Shown: in pieces, positions 21,238 through 31,100 of the stretch
How positions within the stretch are numbered: position 1 is the first letter of the stretch
Layout: each line of letters opens with the position of its first letter
Source: Thermoplasmatota archaeon
Lineage (GTDB): Archaea > Thermoplasmatota > E2 > UBA202 > JdFR-43
DNA: 64,000 nucleotides
Assembly (NCBI GenBank): GCA_029259015.1
Contig: JAPDJQ010000030.1
Location: 2,130-66,129, forward strand
Direction of reading: 5' to 3'
The notes under the pieces: generated by a model
Databases searched by the model: none
Seen by the model: only the letters and a program-made list of their open reading frames with translations
Told to the model about the DNA's origin: nothing
Translations under genes and position numbers: made by a program

Positions 21238-23361
21238 TTAGAAATTCATTATAAACACTTCTTTCTCCACCCTTTCACATTTTCCATTTACAGCACATGC
21301 TTCAACAGCTATTCTGCAGTTACCCCTTATATTTTCGTCCCACCACCACTGATAGGGTTTTTCATTATCAACATGCTTTAATTCATTGTTTATATAAAAT
21401 TTAACCGCCTTTATTTTTCCTGCTGGCTCCGTCGTTGCATTTACTTTAATTGTTATTCCGCCGAACACGATTGTTTTGTTAATGAAGGCCAGTAAAGGAC
21501 CAAAATCTAAGATATATATTCCGTTCAATGGTTTTTCAAGCGTTATATTTATATGGATTGTTTCAGTTGGCTCCTTTATAGCTACTTGTGGATCCCCAAA
21601 TAAGTTTGTTTCATAATATGTCCATCTCATTCCATTCTCATTTATGCGCCATACATTGTCTTCTTTTGAAAAATGATTTGCTCTTCCAACCTCCCTTATA
21701 TTTTCTTGGAATAGAGCTTTAAAGAAAGAGCTATCGTATCTCTGGCCTGGAGAATCAGTGCTGTTTTCTCTTCCCAATCCATAGCGAGAGTTCATTATGC
21801 ATGCAAAAGCTCCATGCTCATCACATGTCAAATGCTCTGCAAAACAATCATCTTCGTAATAATTATCTTCCGGATACCAGTTATCGAAGGAGCCAGCTAG
21901 ACAGGTTTGAGAATAGAGGAAGAAATATTCTGTATTGTACAACCCTTTCAAATCCGAGTTATGCATCTTTAGTGCATATGTAGTCCATCCATGGCCATCA
22001 TGGTTTACAATGTTAACACCTTTATTTAGAATAGGCAGTAAATTGTATTTACTCCATGTTCTCTCTCTATCATAAAGAGTCGTTATATTATATGAAGAAG
22101 GAATCAATGGCTTAATTTTATCCTTATGATTCCCTCCCCATTGTGCCTCACCTCCAAATCCAAGATATTCTCCAAGCAATAATACTTGCATTAAATACTC
22201 GTTATTGCTGCTTTCCTCATAAGCTATCGTCTTGTTAATGAAATTATTAATTTCTTTAATACTATCAACGCATGCCCTTCCTACCCATACCTCTGCATAT
22301 AAATCTGCCTCATCTCTATCGCTAACATCATTGCCTGTCGCATTTTCTCCCCATTTGTCATCCATATCCTCATTAAAATCGCCATCTAAGCAAGCATAGT
22401 AAACATCTGACGGGATATATGCTTCTAAAACCTCATCCGTTTCTGCCAGAGGCAAGCCGACGCATGTAGCATATAAGTAGCGGGGAGGAATTATGTTGCT
22501 ACTCGCATTCTTAATATCGCCATCTCCTCCAAGCAAAACATAATCGATGCCCCAGTTTAAATAAGCATATCTTATGAAATTCCTTATTTGAGCTTGGGTA
22601 TCATTGAACATCTCCGTTTCATTCCAGCAAAATGAATTGATTTTTATTTCCTCAACTGTAACAATATTGACTTTTATACCCTGGCCTTCTTTATAATCTG
22701 CAAATCTCTGGAAAGCATTTCTAAACTCATCTTTTGTTATTATGAGGTAATCATATCCTTCATTTAGTTTTTTAATAGGATATGTATATACTGCCCATCT
22801 GTTATCAATATAATTCATAACCCATTCTCTATCTTTTTCCAGTCCTCTATACAATGGATTTATCTTTCCTTCTTTAAGTTCAATTTTAACATCTACTTCT
22901 TCATAGTAAAAAACTTTGTTATTTTCGACAGAAACAGGCATAATATTCATTACAAGAATATTATACCCTCTAAGCCCGTAGATTCCAACTTTTTCATATA
23001 ACTTATTTGCAACGTTTGTTGATAAAATCTCTACTTTATTATTTCCTACAAATAACGCTTTTGCCTTTTCAACTTCATAAAATCCTAAAAATTTCTTATT
23101 TACGCCTTTCACATCTATTTTTTTAACCTCTTTGCCATATGGGATTAAAATATGTGCTGGCTTGGCAGGCAATAGTAATCCATTATATTCATGCATTTCG
23201 CAACCATCGATTTTTATCTCATATTCTCCTCCGATTTTTTCAATGACTGGCTTCTCAAATTTATATTTAAATGAAATGATATCAGATGCGCCTATTTTGA
23301 TGCCTGAAAAAGCTAATCCAATAAACAAAAATACCACGATAAATGCTACTTCTCTTTTCAT
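21238..23361 (-). CDS. Secreted peptidase family C25 (gingipain-like) cysteine protease
   Basis: Signal peptide; YLIITKDEF...YKEGQGIKVNIVTV N-domain; putative catalytic His (NHDGHGW) and Cys (YSQTCLAGSF); C-terminal Ig-like region. Confidence 0.6.
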   Translation of the reverse strand: MKREVAFIVVFLFIGLAFSGIKIGASDIISFKYKFEKPVIEKIGGEYEIKIDGCEMHEYNGLLLPAKPAHILIPYGKEVKKIDVKGVNKKFLGFYEVEKAKALFVGNNKVEILSTNVANKLYEKVGIYGLRGYNILVMNIMPVSVENNKVFYYEEVDVKIELKEGKINPLYRGLEKDREWVMNYIDNRWAVYTYPIKKLNEGYDYLIITKDEFRNAFQRFADYKEGQGIKVNIVTVEEIKINSFCWNETEMFNDTQAQIRNFIRYAYLNWGIDYVLLGGDGDIKNASSNIIPPRYLYATCVGLPLAETDEVLEAYIPSDVYYACLDGDFNEDMDDKWGENATGNDVSDRDEADLYAEVWVGRACVDSIKEINNFINKTIAYEESSNNEYLMQVLLLGEYLGFGGEAQWGGNHKDKIKPLIPSSYNITTLYDRERTWSKYNLLPILNKGVNIVNHDGHGWTTYALKMHNSDLKGLYNTEYFFLYSQTCLAGSFDNWYPEDNYYEDDCFAEHLTCDEHGAFACIMNSRYGLGRENSTDSPGQRYDSSFFKALFQENIREVGRANHFSKEDNVWRINENGMRWTYYETNLFGDPQVAIKEPTETIHINITLEKPLNGIYILDFGPLLAFINKTIVFGGITIKVNATTEPAGKIKAVKFYINNELKHVDNEKPYQWWWDENIRGNCRIAVEACAVNGKCERVEKEVFIMNF

Positions 23362-23390
23362 GTAGCGTAAATTTCTATTAGAATTTAAAT

Positions 23391-24878
23391 TTATCTTACT
23401 ATCAAACTTTTTCCTGTCATTTCTCTCGGCTTTTCTATATCCAGTAATTCAAGCATAGTAGGAGCTATATCTCCAAGCACTCCTTTCCTCAATTTTGCTT
23501 CTATGCCTACTAAAATAAAAGGAACTGGATTGCTTGTGTGGGCTGTCTTTGGCTTGCCATTTTCAAACATTTCCTCAGCATTTCCATGGTCTGCCGTAAT
23601 TATTGCTATGCCATCATGCTGCAGCACTTTTTTGACTACCTTGCCTAAACAATCGTCTACAGCTTTGAGAGCTTTTAATGTTGCTTCCCATATGCCTGTA
23701 TGCCCGACCATATCTGGATTTGCGTAATTAAGCACGATAACGTCATATTTCCTGCTTTCAATCCTTTTTATAACATCTGCTGTAACTTCGTATGCTGACA
23801 TTTCTGGCTTTAAATCATATGTTGCCACTTTTGGTGAAGGAATTAAACATCTATCCTCTCCTTTGAATGGCTCTTCCCTCCCTCCGTTAAAAAAGTAGGT
23901 TACATGGGCATACTTTTCTGTCTCAGCTATTCTTAGCTGCTTTAAACCATGCTTTGAAATAACCTCTCCAAAAGTATTTGTTATATCCTCTGTCTCAAAT
24001 GCTGCTGGATTATCAAAATTTTTATCGTATTTAGTCAGAGTAACAAAATGTACTTTCAAAGGAACCGTAGAAAAAGCATCAAAATTTTTGTCTATGAAGG
24101 CTTTTGTAAGCTGTCTCCCTCTGTCGGGACGGAAATTAAAGAATATGACAACATCTCCATCTCCTATACGCGGCATACCTTCAATTACAGTTGGCTGGAC
24201 AAATTCATCTGTTTCTCCACTGGCATATGCCTTCTCTATTCCTTCAATTGCATTTTTAACAATTCTTCCCTCACCTTTTACCAGCACATCATAAGCCTTC
24301 TTTGTCCTCTCCCATCTTTTGTCTCGATCCATTGCAAAGTATCTTCCCACTATGCTTGCTATCTTGCCTATGCCTATTTCATCAATTTTTTCTTCCATTT
24401 CCTCTAGATATTTCTTAGCGCTTTTTGGAGGAGTGTCTCTTCCATCCAGAAAACAATGTATATATGCCTCCCTGATGCCATGCATCTTTGCCATTTCAAG
24501 CAGAGCATATAAATGCTCCATCATTGCATGAACTCCCCCATCGCCAATGAGTCCCATTAAATGCAGTCTGCTTTTTCTCGCTTTCTCCATTGCCTCCTTA
24601 AGCACTTTGTTTTCAAAAAAACTGCCATCCTTTATTGCCATTAAAATTTTTGTTGCCTCTTGATAAACTATTCTTCCAGCCCCAATATTTAGATGCCCCA
24701 CTTCAGAATTTCCCATTTGCCCAGTGGGCAATCCAACTGCTTCTCCACTTGCTTCAAGTATGGTATGTGGATATTTTCTCCAGAATTCATCAAAGTTTGG
24801 AGTGGAAGCATAATAAATTGCATTTCCAATCCTTTTTGTTGTATGTCCCCAACCATCCAATATTGTAAGTAAAATCAT
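23391..24878 (-). CDS. gpmI: 2,3-bisphosphoglycerate-independent phosphoglycerate mutase (GpmI type)
   Basis: 495 aa. N-terminus LLTILDGWG, Ser-phosphotransferase and metal-binding motifs (GNSEVGHLNIGAGR, ADHGN). Confidence 0.85.
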   Translation of the reverse strand: MILLTILDGWGHTTKRIGNAIYYASTPNFDEFWRKYPHTILEASGEAVGLPTGQMGNSEVGHLNIGAGRIVYQEATKILMAIKDGSFFENKVLKEAMEKARKSRLHLMGLIGDGGVHAMMEHLYALLEMAKMHGIREAYIHCFLDGRDTPPKSAKKYLEEMEEKIDEIGIGKIASIVGRYFAMDRDKRWERTKKAYDVLVKGEGRIVKNAIEGIEKAYASGETDEFVQPTVIEGMPRIGDGDVVIFFNFRPDRGRQLTKAFIDKNFDAFSTVPLKVHFVTLTKYDKNFDNPAAFETEDITNTFGEVISKHGLKQLRIAETEKYAHVTYFFNGGREEPFKGEDRCLIPSPKVATYDLKPEMSAYEVTADVIKRIESRKYDVIVLNYANPDMVGHTGIWEATLKALKAVDDCLGKVVKKVLQHDGIAIITADHGNAEEMFENGKPKTAHTSNPVPFILVGIEAKLRKGVLGDIAPTMLELLDIEKPREMTGKSLIVR

Positions 24879-25059
24879 GGGCTAATATTCATTATAATTG
24901 AATATAAAAAATTTGGGAAAAGTGCCGAAAAATCCAGAATATACTGTTTTATTTGACAATGACAGAGATTACAAGGGCAAAATATGCCACAAAACCATTC
25001 ATTTTCATTCCATCCCTCTATTGCCATCAAAATTATATAATAAAATTTTATACAACCTC

Positions 25060-26133
25060 ATGGAAAATAAAATTCCTACCTTTTCGGACTTAAAAAGAGA
25101 AGTTATTGATGCTGGATTGTGCACCTTATGTGGAGGATGCACCTCCTTTTGTAGGGAGAACAAACTCCATGCAATTGATATTATGGAAGGATTGCCTGAT
25201 TATATCAACGAGGAAAGTTGTCTTGAATGTGGCATATGTTATATGATTTGTCCGGTTACGGAAGAATTGAATGACAAACTCGAGGAATTATATGGAAAAG
25301 GAATAGGAAAAATTCTTGAAGTTTATTCAGCTCGTTCGACAGATGAGAATATTCTTAAGGTATGCTGCGATGGCGGCGTGGCCACTTCTTTACTCAATTA
25401 TTTGTTGGATATTCATTATATTGATGGCGCGCTTGTTGTCAAAAGAACGAAGGGAGGAAGAAGTATGCCCATACTGGCAACATCATATCATGAATTGCTT
25501 GCATGCGCAGGTGCATCGTTGGCGACAGTTCCGAATCTTGATGAGATAAGGTATTATAGCACCTATACCTCCTTACTCCCAGAACTTAAAGAAATTGCAT
25601 ATGGAGGAATGGAAAATGTTGCTTTAACAGGAACACCTTGCCAGACCAAAACAGTGAGAAAAATGCAGGCAGTGAATATACTGCCTTCTGGCTCGATAAA
25701 ATTCATTATAGGGCTATTCTGCATAGAGAATTTTTCCTTTGATGCCATTAGTTTGAGCAAGTTTGAGGAAATAATAGGTGGAAGGCTAAGCGATATAGAG
25801 AGAGTGAACATAAAGGAAAAAATGATAATCGAGTTTAAGGACGGAAGCAGAAAAGAGATAGCACTTGAAGATTTAGAGAGTGTGGCAAGAAAGGCATGTA
25901 TAAAATGCAAAATACCCTTCTCCAACATATATGCAGATATTTCTCTTGGAGGCCTTGGCTCTGAAGAAGGGTACACAACTGTTGTGATAAGAACACCAGA
26001 AGGCAAAAGATTATTCGAAGAGGCTCTGGAAGAAGGGCACATTGAAATACATCCAGAATGGAATGAGGAAAAGAAAGAAGAAGTAATTAATAAAATAAAA
26101 GAATGGACTGAAAAAAAGGAGAGGAGGAAATAA
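25060..26133 (+). CDS. Coenzyme F420 hydrogenase/dehydrogenase beta-subunit family protein (FrhB/FdhB/FpoF-like) with N-terminal 2x[4Fe-4S] ferredoxin
   Basis: CTLCGGCTSFC and CLECGICYMICP ferredoxin motifs followed by the FrhB-like flavin domain. The ORF is open from 24898; the start is chosen at an internal Met to leave room for a divergent promoter. Confidence 0.65.
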   Translation: MENKIPTFSDLKREVIDAGLCTLCGGCTSFCRENKLHAIDIMEGLPDYINEESCLECGICYMICPVTEELNDKLEELYGKGIGKILEVYSARSTDENILKVCCDGGVATSLLNYLLDIHYIDGALVVKRTKGGRSMPILATSYHELLACAGASLATVPNLDEIRYYSTYTSLLPELKEIAYGGMENVALTGTPCQTKTVRKMQAVNILPSGSIKFIIGLFCIENFSFDAISLSKFEEIIGGRLSDIERVNIKEKMIIEFKDGSRKEIALEDLESVARKACIKCKIPFSNIYADISLGGLGSEEGYTTVVIRTPEGKRLFEEALEEGHIEIHPEWNEEKKEEVINKIKEWTEKKERRK

Positions 26134-26253
26134 TTATTTTTCCTCTATTGTTCCCATATTTGTTTCAATAATTGCAAATGTTTTTGCCTCTTTCTTAACA
26201 CATCCTGCAGAAAATGTAATCAGAAACAATAGCAGCAAAGCAATATATTTCAT
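26134..26253 (-). CDS. Small ORF (39 aa) with lipoprotein-type signal peptide (MKYIALLLLFLITFSAGC...)
   Basis: Not in the ORF track (<60 aa). Hydrophobic signal, Cys after an SAG lipobox-like motif, 20-aa tail. The IS lies 48 nt upstream of its start. Confidence 0.25.
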   Translation of the reverse strand: MKYIALLLLFLITFSAGCVKKEAKTFAIIETNMGTIEEK

Positions 26254-26300
26254 GATTGATAAGAGGAAACGGAATAAATGATTTACTGTTTCAAAAGAAA

Positions 26301-27012
26301 GGGGCTGTCAAGAATTTGAAAATTTAAAAATGAGAAATGCCCCTCCTGATTTTGCATCAGGAGGGGATGGCAATGCTATACCAGTTAATAGAATTAGTTA
26401 GAAAGAAAAATATTTTTCGCTGGGATAAGAAAAAGATAGAAATTAAATTGATTGCCACCATTCTTTACTATGCAGGGATTTCCCTGAGAAAAACAAGTAA
26501 ATTTCTCAGAGATTTTGAGAAGTTCAGTCATGAAGCCTTAAGGCAATGGTATCATAAATTAGCCCAATTATTTACTAATTCTAGAAAATACAGGCGTTGT
26601 ATAGCAATAGATGAAACAAAAATAAAGATTGGGGATGAATGGTATTACGTTTGGGCTGCAATAGATGTTGATACATGGGAAATTTTAGGAGTAATGATAA
26701 CGAAATGGAGAACCTCCATTGATGTAATAAGATTTGTCAATAGCTTCCTGATCTATTGCGAGAATAGGCCATTAATTAAGACAGATAGAGCTCCATGGTA
26801 TAGATGGGCGTTACAAAGGATGGGCTTGCAATATGAGCATGAAACATTCGGTGAAAGAAATGCAATAGAAGGATGGTTCAACATTCTTAAAGCAAGATTG
26901 AAAAGATTCTGGAAACGCTTTCCCTCTAATGCCTCGAAGGAAAGCGTTGAGAAATGGCTTACTGCATTTGTAACCATCTACAATCTGGAGGTGAGAATTT
27001 CTTGACAGCCCC
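26301..27012 (+). mobile_element. IS6-family insertion sequence (712 bp) with 14-bp perfect terminal inverted repeats GGGGCTGTCAAGAA and flanking 10-bp direct repeat TCAAAAGAAA
   Basis: IR-L at 26301-26314 and IR-R at 26999-27012 (reverse complement identical). TSD at 26291-26300 and 27013-27022. Single transposase ORF inside. Confidence 0.75.
26337..27005 (+). CDS. IS6-family DDE transposase
   Basis: IAIDETKIKIGDEWYYVWAAIDVDTWEILG matches the IS6/IS26 DDE region (vvDEtyikv.g.w.Ylw.AiD). A likely start is ATG 26372 (MAMLYQ), preceded by GGAGGGG; the stop codon lies inside IR-R. Confidence 0.75.
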   Translation: MPLLILHQEGMAMLYQLIELVRKKNIFRWDKKKIEIKLIATILYYAGISLRKTSKFLRDFEKFSHEALRQWYHKLAQLFTNSRKYRRCIAIDETKIKIGDEWYYVWAAIDVDTWEILGVMITKWRTSIDVIRFVNSFLIYCENRPLIKTDRAPWYRWALQRMGLQYEHETFGERNAIEGWFNILKARLKRFWKRFPSNASKESVEKWLTAFVTIYNLEVRIS

Positions 27013-27111
27013 TCAAAAGAAATATAAAAAATTTTTTAGAGACGAAAATGAAAAGGAACTATTGTTTTTTATTCGAATGCTGTACTTTTTATTTCATTCA
27101 TTCTCCCTAAA

Positions 27112-27149
27112 CCAAAGGATAATAAATCCTTTTCATATTTATCCTTTGG
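27112..27149. promoter_or_regulatory. Perfect 11-bp inverted repeat CCAAAGGATAA-N16-TTATCCTTTGG immediately upstream of the FNR gene RBS
   Basis: Seen directly in sequence. It ends 7 nt before the ATG at 27157 and overlaps the GGTGAGG SD-like element. Confidence 0.35.
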
Positions 27150-27156
27150 TGAGGTT

Positions 27157-28113
27157 ATGAATGAAGAGATGTGGGATGTGATTGTAGTAGGGGGTGGCCC
27201 TGCTGGATTGACAACTGCTATCATGTGTGCAAATAGAATGCTTAAAACACTGGTTCTTGAAGGAGGGAAATGGGGGGGATTACCAGCAACAATGTACCCG
27301 AACAAGGTTATACCAAATTATCCAGGATTTCCAGAAGGAATAACAGGAATAGAGCTGGTGAGGAGATGGCTCAGACATGTAAGAGATAATGAATATGTTA
27401 TCATGAAAAGGGAGAGAGTAGTAAAAATTGAGAAAGGAGGCATAGTAAAAACAGAAGATAATGAATACCATGGAAAGACAGTTGTGATTGCTACAGGAAC
27501 ACGTCCAAGAGAGCTTGGAATACCCGGAGAAGCAATGTTTAATAGAGGAGATAAAGGAGTTTATTACTATGTTACACATAGAGAAAAATTCATAGATAAT
27601 GTGGTGCTTGTTGTAGGAGGGGGAGATACAGCCGTGGACGCTGCTCTAGATTTAGTTGATTTGGCAAAAGAAATATATATAATACATAGGAGAGATAGAT
27701 TCAGAGCAATAGATGAGAATGTTAAGAAGATGGAGAAGAGCAAGAATATAAAGATAATGCTTAATACAGAACTTGAAGAAATAAGAGGAAAGGACAAAGT
27801 AGAGGAAGTTGTGCTTTTAAACAATAAAACAGGAGAAAAGAAAGTATTGAAGGTGGACAAAGTCATTCTGGCAGTTGGTCTAAAGCCAAATACAGAAATG
27901 TTTACAGAACTCGGTGTAAAAACAGATGATAGAGGATTCATTATAACAGATAGCTATCAGAGAACAAATGTTGAAGGAGTATTTGCTGTTGGAGACATAG
28001 TAAAGGGAGCCTTCAGATTGCTAATAGTAGGAGCAGCTCACGGAGCGATAGCATCACAGAAGATATACGAATACATAAGGAAACCATACTGGGCAGGTGA
28101 GGACGAGAAATAG
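27157..28113 (+). CDS. Thioredoxin-reductase-like ferredoxin-NADP+ oxidoreductase (TrxR fold without CxxC redox motif)
   Basis: GGGPAG FAD motif and GGGDTA NAD(P) motif; about 318 aa. No CxxC in the NADPH domain, as in TRLF-type FNRs. Confidence 0.7.
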   Translation: MNEEMWDVIVVGGGPAGLTTAIMCANRMLKTLVLEGGKWGGLPATMYPNKVIPNYPGFPEGITGIELVRRWLRHVRDNEYVIMKRERVVKIEKGGIVKTEDNEYHGKTVVIATGTRPRELGIPGEAMFNRGDKGVYYYVTHREKFIDNVVLVVGGGDTAVDAALDLVDLAKEIYIIHRRDRFRAIDENVKKMEKSKNIKIMLNTELEEIRGKDKVEEVVLLNNKTGEKKVLKVDKVILAVGLKPNTEMFTELGVKTDDRGFIITDSYQRTNVEGVFAVGDIVKGAFRLLIVGAAHGAIASQKIYEYIRKPYWAGEDEK

Positions 28114-28130
28114 CCTCAGCTCTTTCTATC

Positions 28131-31100
28131 TTATTTTACATATCTTTTAATTCTTTTGTAGTATTCATGCTCCACAAAATCACAATTTATGAGCATTTCT
28201 GCATCCTTCTCTCCTGTTATTTTCACACCCATTTCTTCTATCCTCTTCCTCAATTTTTCAATGTATTTGCTTTCATTGCCGTTTAAAAATGCAATTTTTC
28301 GCGGCTTTCTTCCTTCCATATTCATTAATATGCCCAAATCAAGCATATCTTCGACTTCAAATGGCGTAAATGATTTTTCATCTATTTTGAAATATATCTC
28401 AGGATCAATCACAATGTCCTTTGCTTTTATTTCTATTTCTTTCTCTTCCTCATCATAATCAATAACACTTTTCATGCATTCATTTCCACATATTCCGCAT
28501 CCAAGACATTCTCTGCAGCTCAGGCAACGCTTTGCTTCCTTAATCGCTGTTTCCTCATCAAAGAGAATTTCCACTTCCTTGAAAGTTGTTACTCTTTCCT
28601 CTATAGGTATATAACTTATCTCCTGCCTTTCTTCTTTCTCAATGCCGGATAAAACAACGTTTCTTTTCATGAGTTCAATATCTTCCCAAGAAGCTATGAG
28701 CCTATTGATATCCTTTTCCACAGGGTCAAATGAAATTTCCTTTCCATGGAGATAAGCATCTATAGCATGAGCTGCCCTCCTTCCCCATGCAACTGCTTCA
28801 ATGACAATTGATGGCCCCGTCACAGCATCTCCTCCAGCAAATACTCCAGGCATGGAGGTGGCAGCTGTTTTATCATCAACAATTATTCCCCATTTCGTCC
28901 TCTTTATTTCATCTGGCAGGAAGGAGAAATCTGGGTATTGTCCTATGGCTGCTATTACAGTATCTGCTTCCATGAAGAATTCACTCCCTTCTTTTGGAAT
29001 TGGCCTTCTCCTTCCGCTCTCATCTGGCTCTCCAAGTTCCATTTCAACACATTTCAATCCTATAACCTTGCCATCTTTGCCTACTATTTTTACCGGAGCT
29101 GCCATGAATTTTATGTTCACTCCTTCCTCTTCAGCAAATTTAACCTCCTCCTCTCTTGCTGGCATTTCATTTCTGCTTCTCCTGTACAATACTGTAACTT
29201 CTTGGCTGCCAAGTCTTACAGCACATCTTGCAGCATCTATAGCAACATCTCCTCCTCCTACAACGACAACTTTTCTTCCTTGGAAAATTGCTCTGACAGT
29301 TTCAGGCGATATATTGACTTCTCTGAGAAATTCCACACCTGATATAACTCCTTCCAAATCTTCCCCTTCTATACCCAGCTTTCTGCTTTCGTGAGCTCCA
29401 ACGCCAATAAATACTGCATCATATTCCTTTCTCAATTCATCAAATGAAATATCTTTTCCAACTCTTGTATTTAGCTGCAGTTCAACCCCCATTTCAAGGA
29501 TTGCATCTATTTCACGTTTCAACACATCCTTTGGAAGGCGATATGGTGGTATGCCAACAGCAAGCATTCCTCCTGCCACTGGCAAGGCTTCAAAAATCTT
29601 AACTTTATATCCCTTCCTTGCCAATTCATATGCAACAGTTAAGCCAGCTGGCCCAGAACCAATGACAGCAACCCTGTATTTATTGTTTTCATTTGCCGGC
29701 ATTTTGCCCAAATCAATTTTTCCTTTCTTTTCCCATTCCCAGTCTGCAACAAATCTCTTGAGCAATCTTATTGAAATTGGCTTGTCAATCCCGTTTCTTC
29801 TGCATAATTCCTCGCATGGATGCGGACAAACTCTGCCCAAAACAGCTGGCAGTGGCAAACGTTCTCTTATCAAATTCACAGATTCCTCAAATTTCCCCTC
29901 TGCTATTTTCGCTACATATCCGCGAACATCCACATGAGCTGGGCAGTTTGTCTGACAGAAAGGCGTTTCCTTCTCCAGGAAAAATGTTGATGGTATGCCT
30001 TCTCTTCCATAAACTGCTTTTCTTGAAAATAAACTCCGCTCCCTATCAACTGTTTTTAGGGGGCAAACTTCATAGCATATGTTGCAGTTGTTGCAGTCCT
30101 GTTTTATCCTTGTAGGATATTTTATTATTTTAACTGTGTCATCATCGATATTTTTCACCCATGCATTTGTTAACAATTTTATTTTTCCTTCCTTGACGAA
30201 TTTCAGAAATTCATCATATGGTGCATCATCATTTAGCGAGGAGGCATGCTTTCTGATAACATATTTATTGATAGAAGGATGCCTTTCCACAATGATAACG
30301 TCTTCGCCTTTCTTCGCCAGTTCAACCGCCTTTTTTATGCCATGCGCTCCAGCCCCTATAATGGTGATACCTTCTCCTCCCTCAAAATTTTCAATAACAA
30401 ATGGCTCAGCAACTTTTTCTTTTTCGCCACCATAATAAAATGAAAAGATGCCATCATTTTCTTTAAATGCTGCCTCTCCTCTCTTCACAAAGTCAATTAG
30501 ATAGAGAAAAACAGCCTCTTTTCTCAGCCCCGTTCTTTCAGCAATTTCATCTAATGACGCCTCTTTTTCCTGTAATAGTAATCTTATCATTTCCTCATTC
30601 ACTTCATCGTATATTATTTCGTCTGCAATCCTATTGAATTCATAGAAAGTGTAGAGCTCTCCATATTTGTTGCCTTCTGTTGTGAGCATTCTTTCCTTTA
30701 CAGCTATTATTCTTATCCTGGGCTTTAAAGAAGCATTATAAGCTGCTCTTAAAGCTAGATTATCTTTTAGCTCATCTTTTAAAGGCCCTAGTTTTTGCAG
30801 TTCTTCAGTAAATTCTGTTACAACTTTTGCAAATTTTTCTCCTTCAGAGGCAGAAATCCATTCTAGTCTTAAACGTCTTTCATCTATTCCAGCATAGCGA
30901 AGCAATTTTCTGGCTGTATTCATCTTTCCTATGGTGTAATAATTGCCTGTAACGTAATGGCAATCTCCAAGATGACAGCCTCCAACAAGTACTCCATCTG
31001 CTCCTCGCAAGAATGATTTTAAAACAAATGAAGGCTCAACTCTTGTAGAGCACATCACTCTTATAACTCTCGTAGTGGGTGGATACTGAAATCTGCTCAC

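Noticed and set aside
24898-25059. N-terminal 54 codons of the FrhB-like ORF
   Set aside because: This would place the start only 20 nt from the divergent gpmI start with no room for promoters. The homology (ferredoxin motifs) begins after the Met at 25060, which is preceded by a TATA-like AT-rich box.
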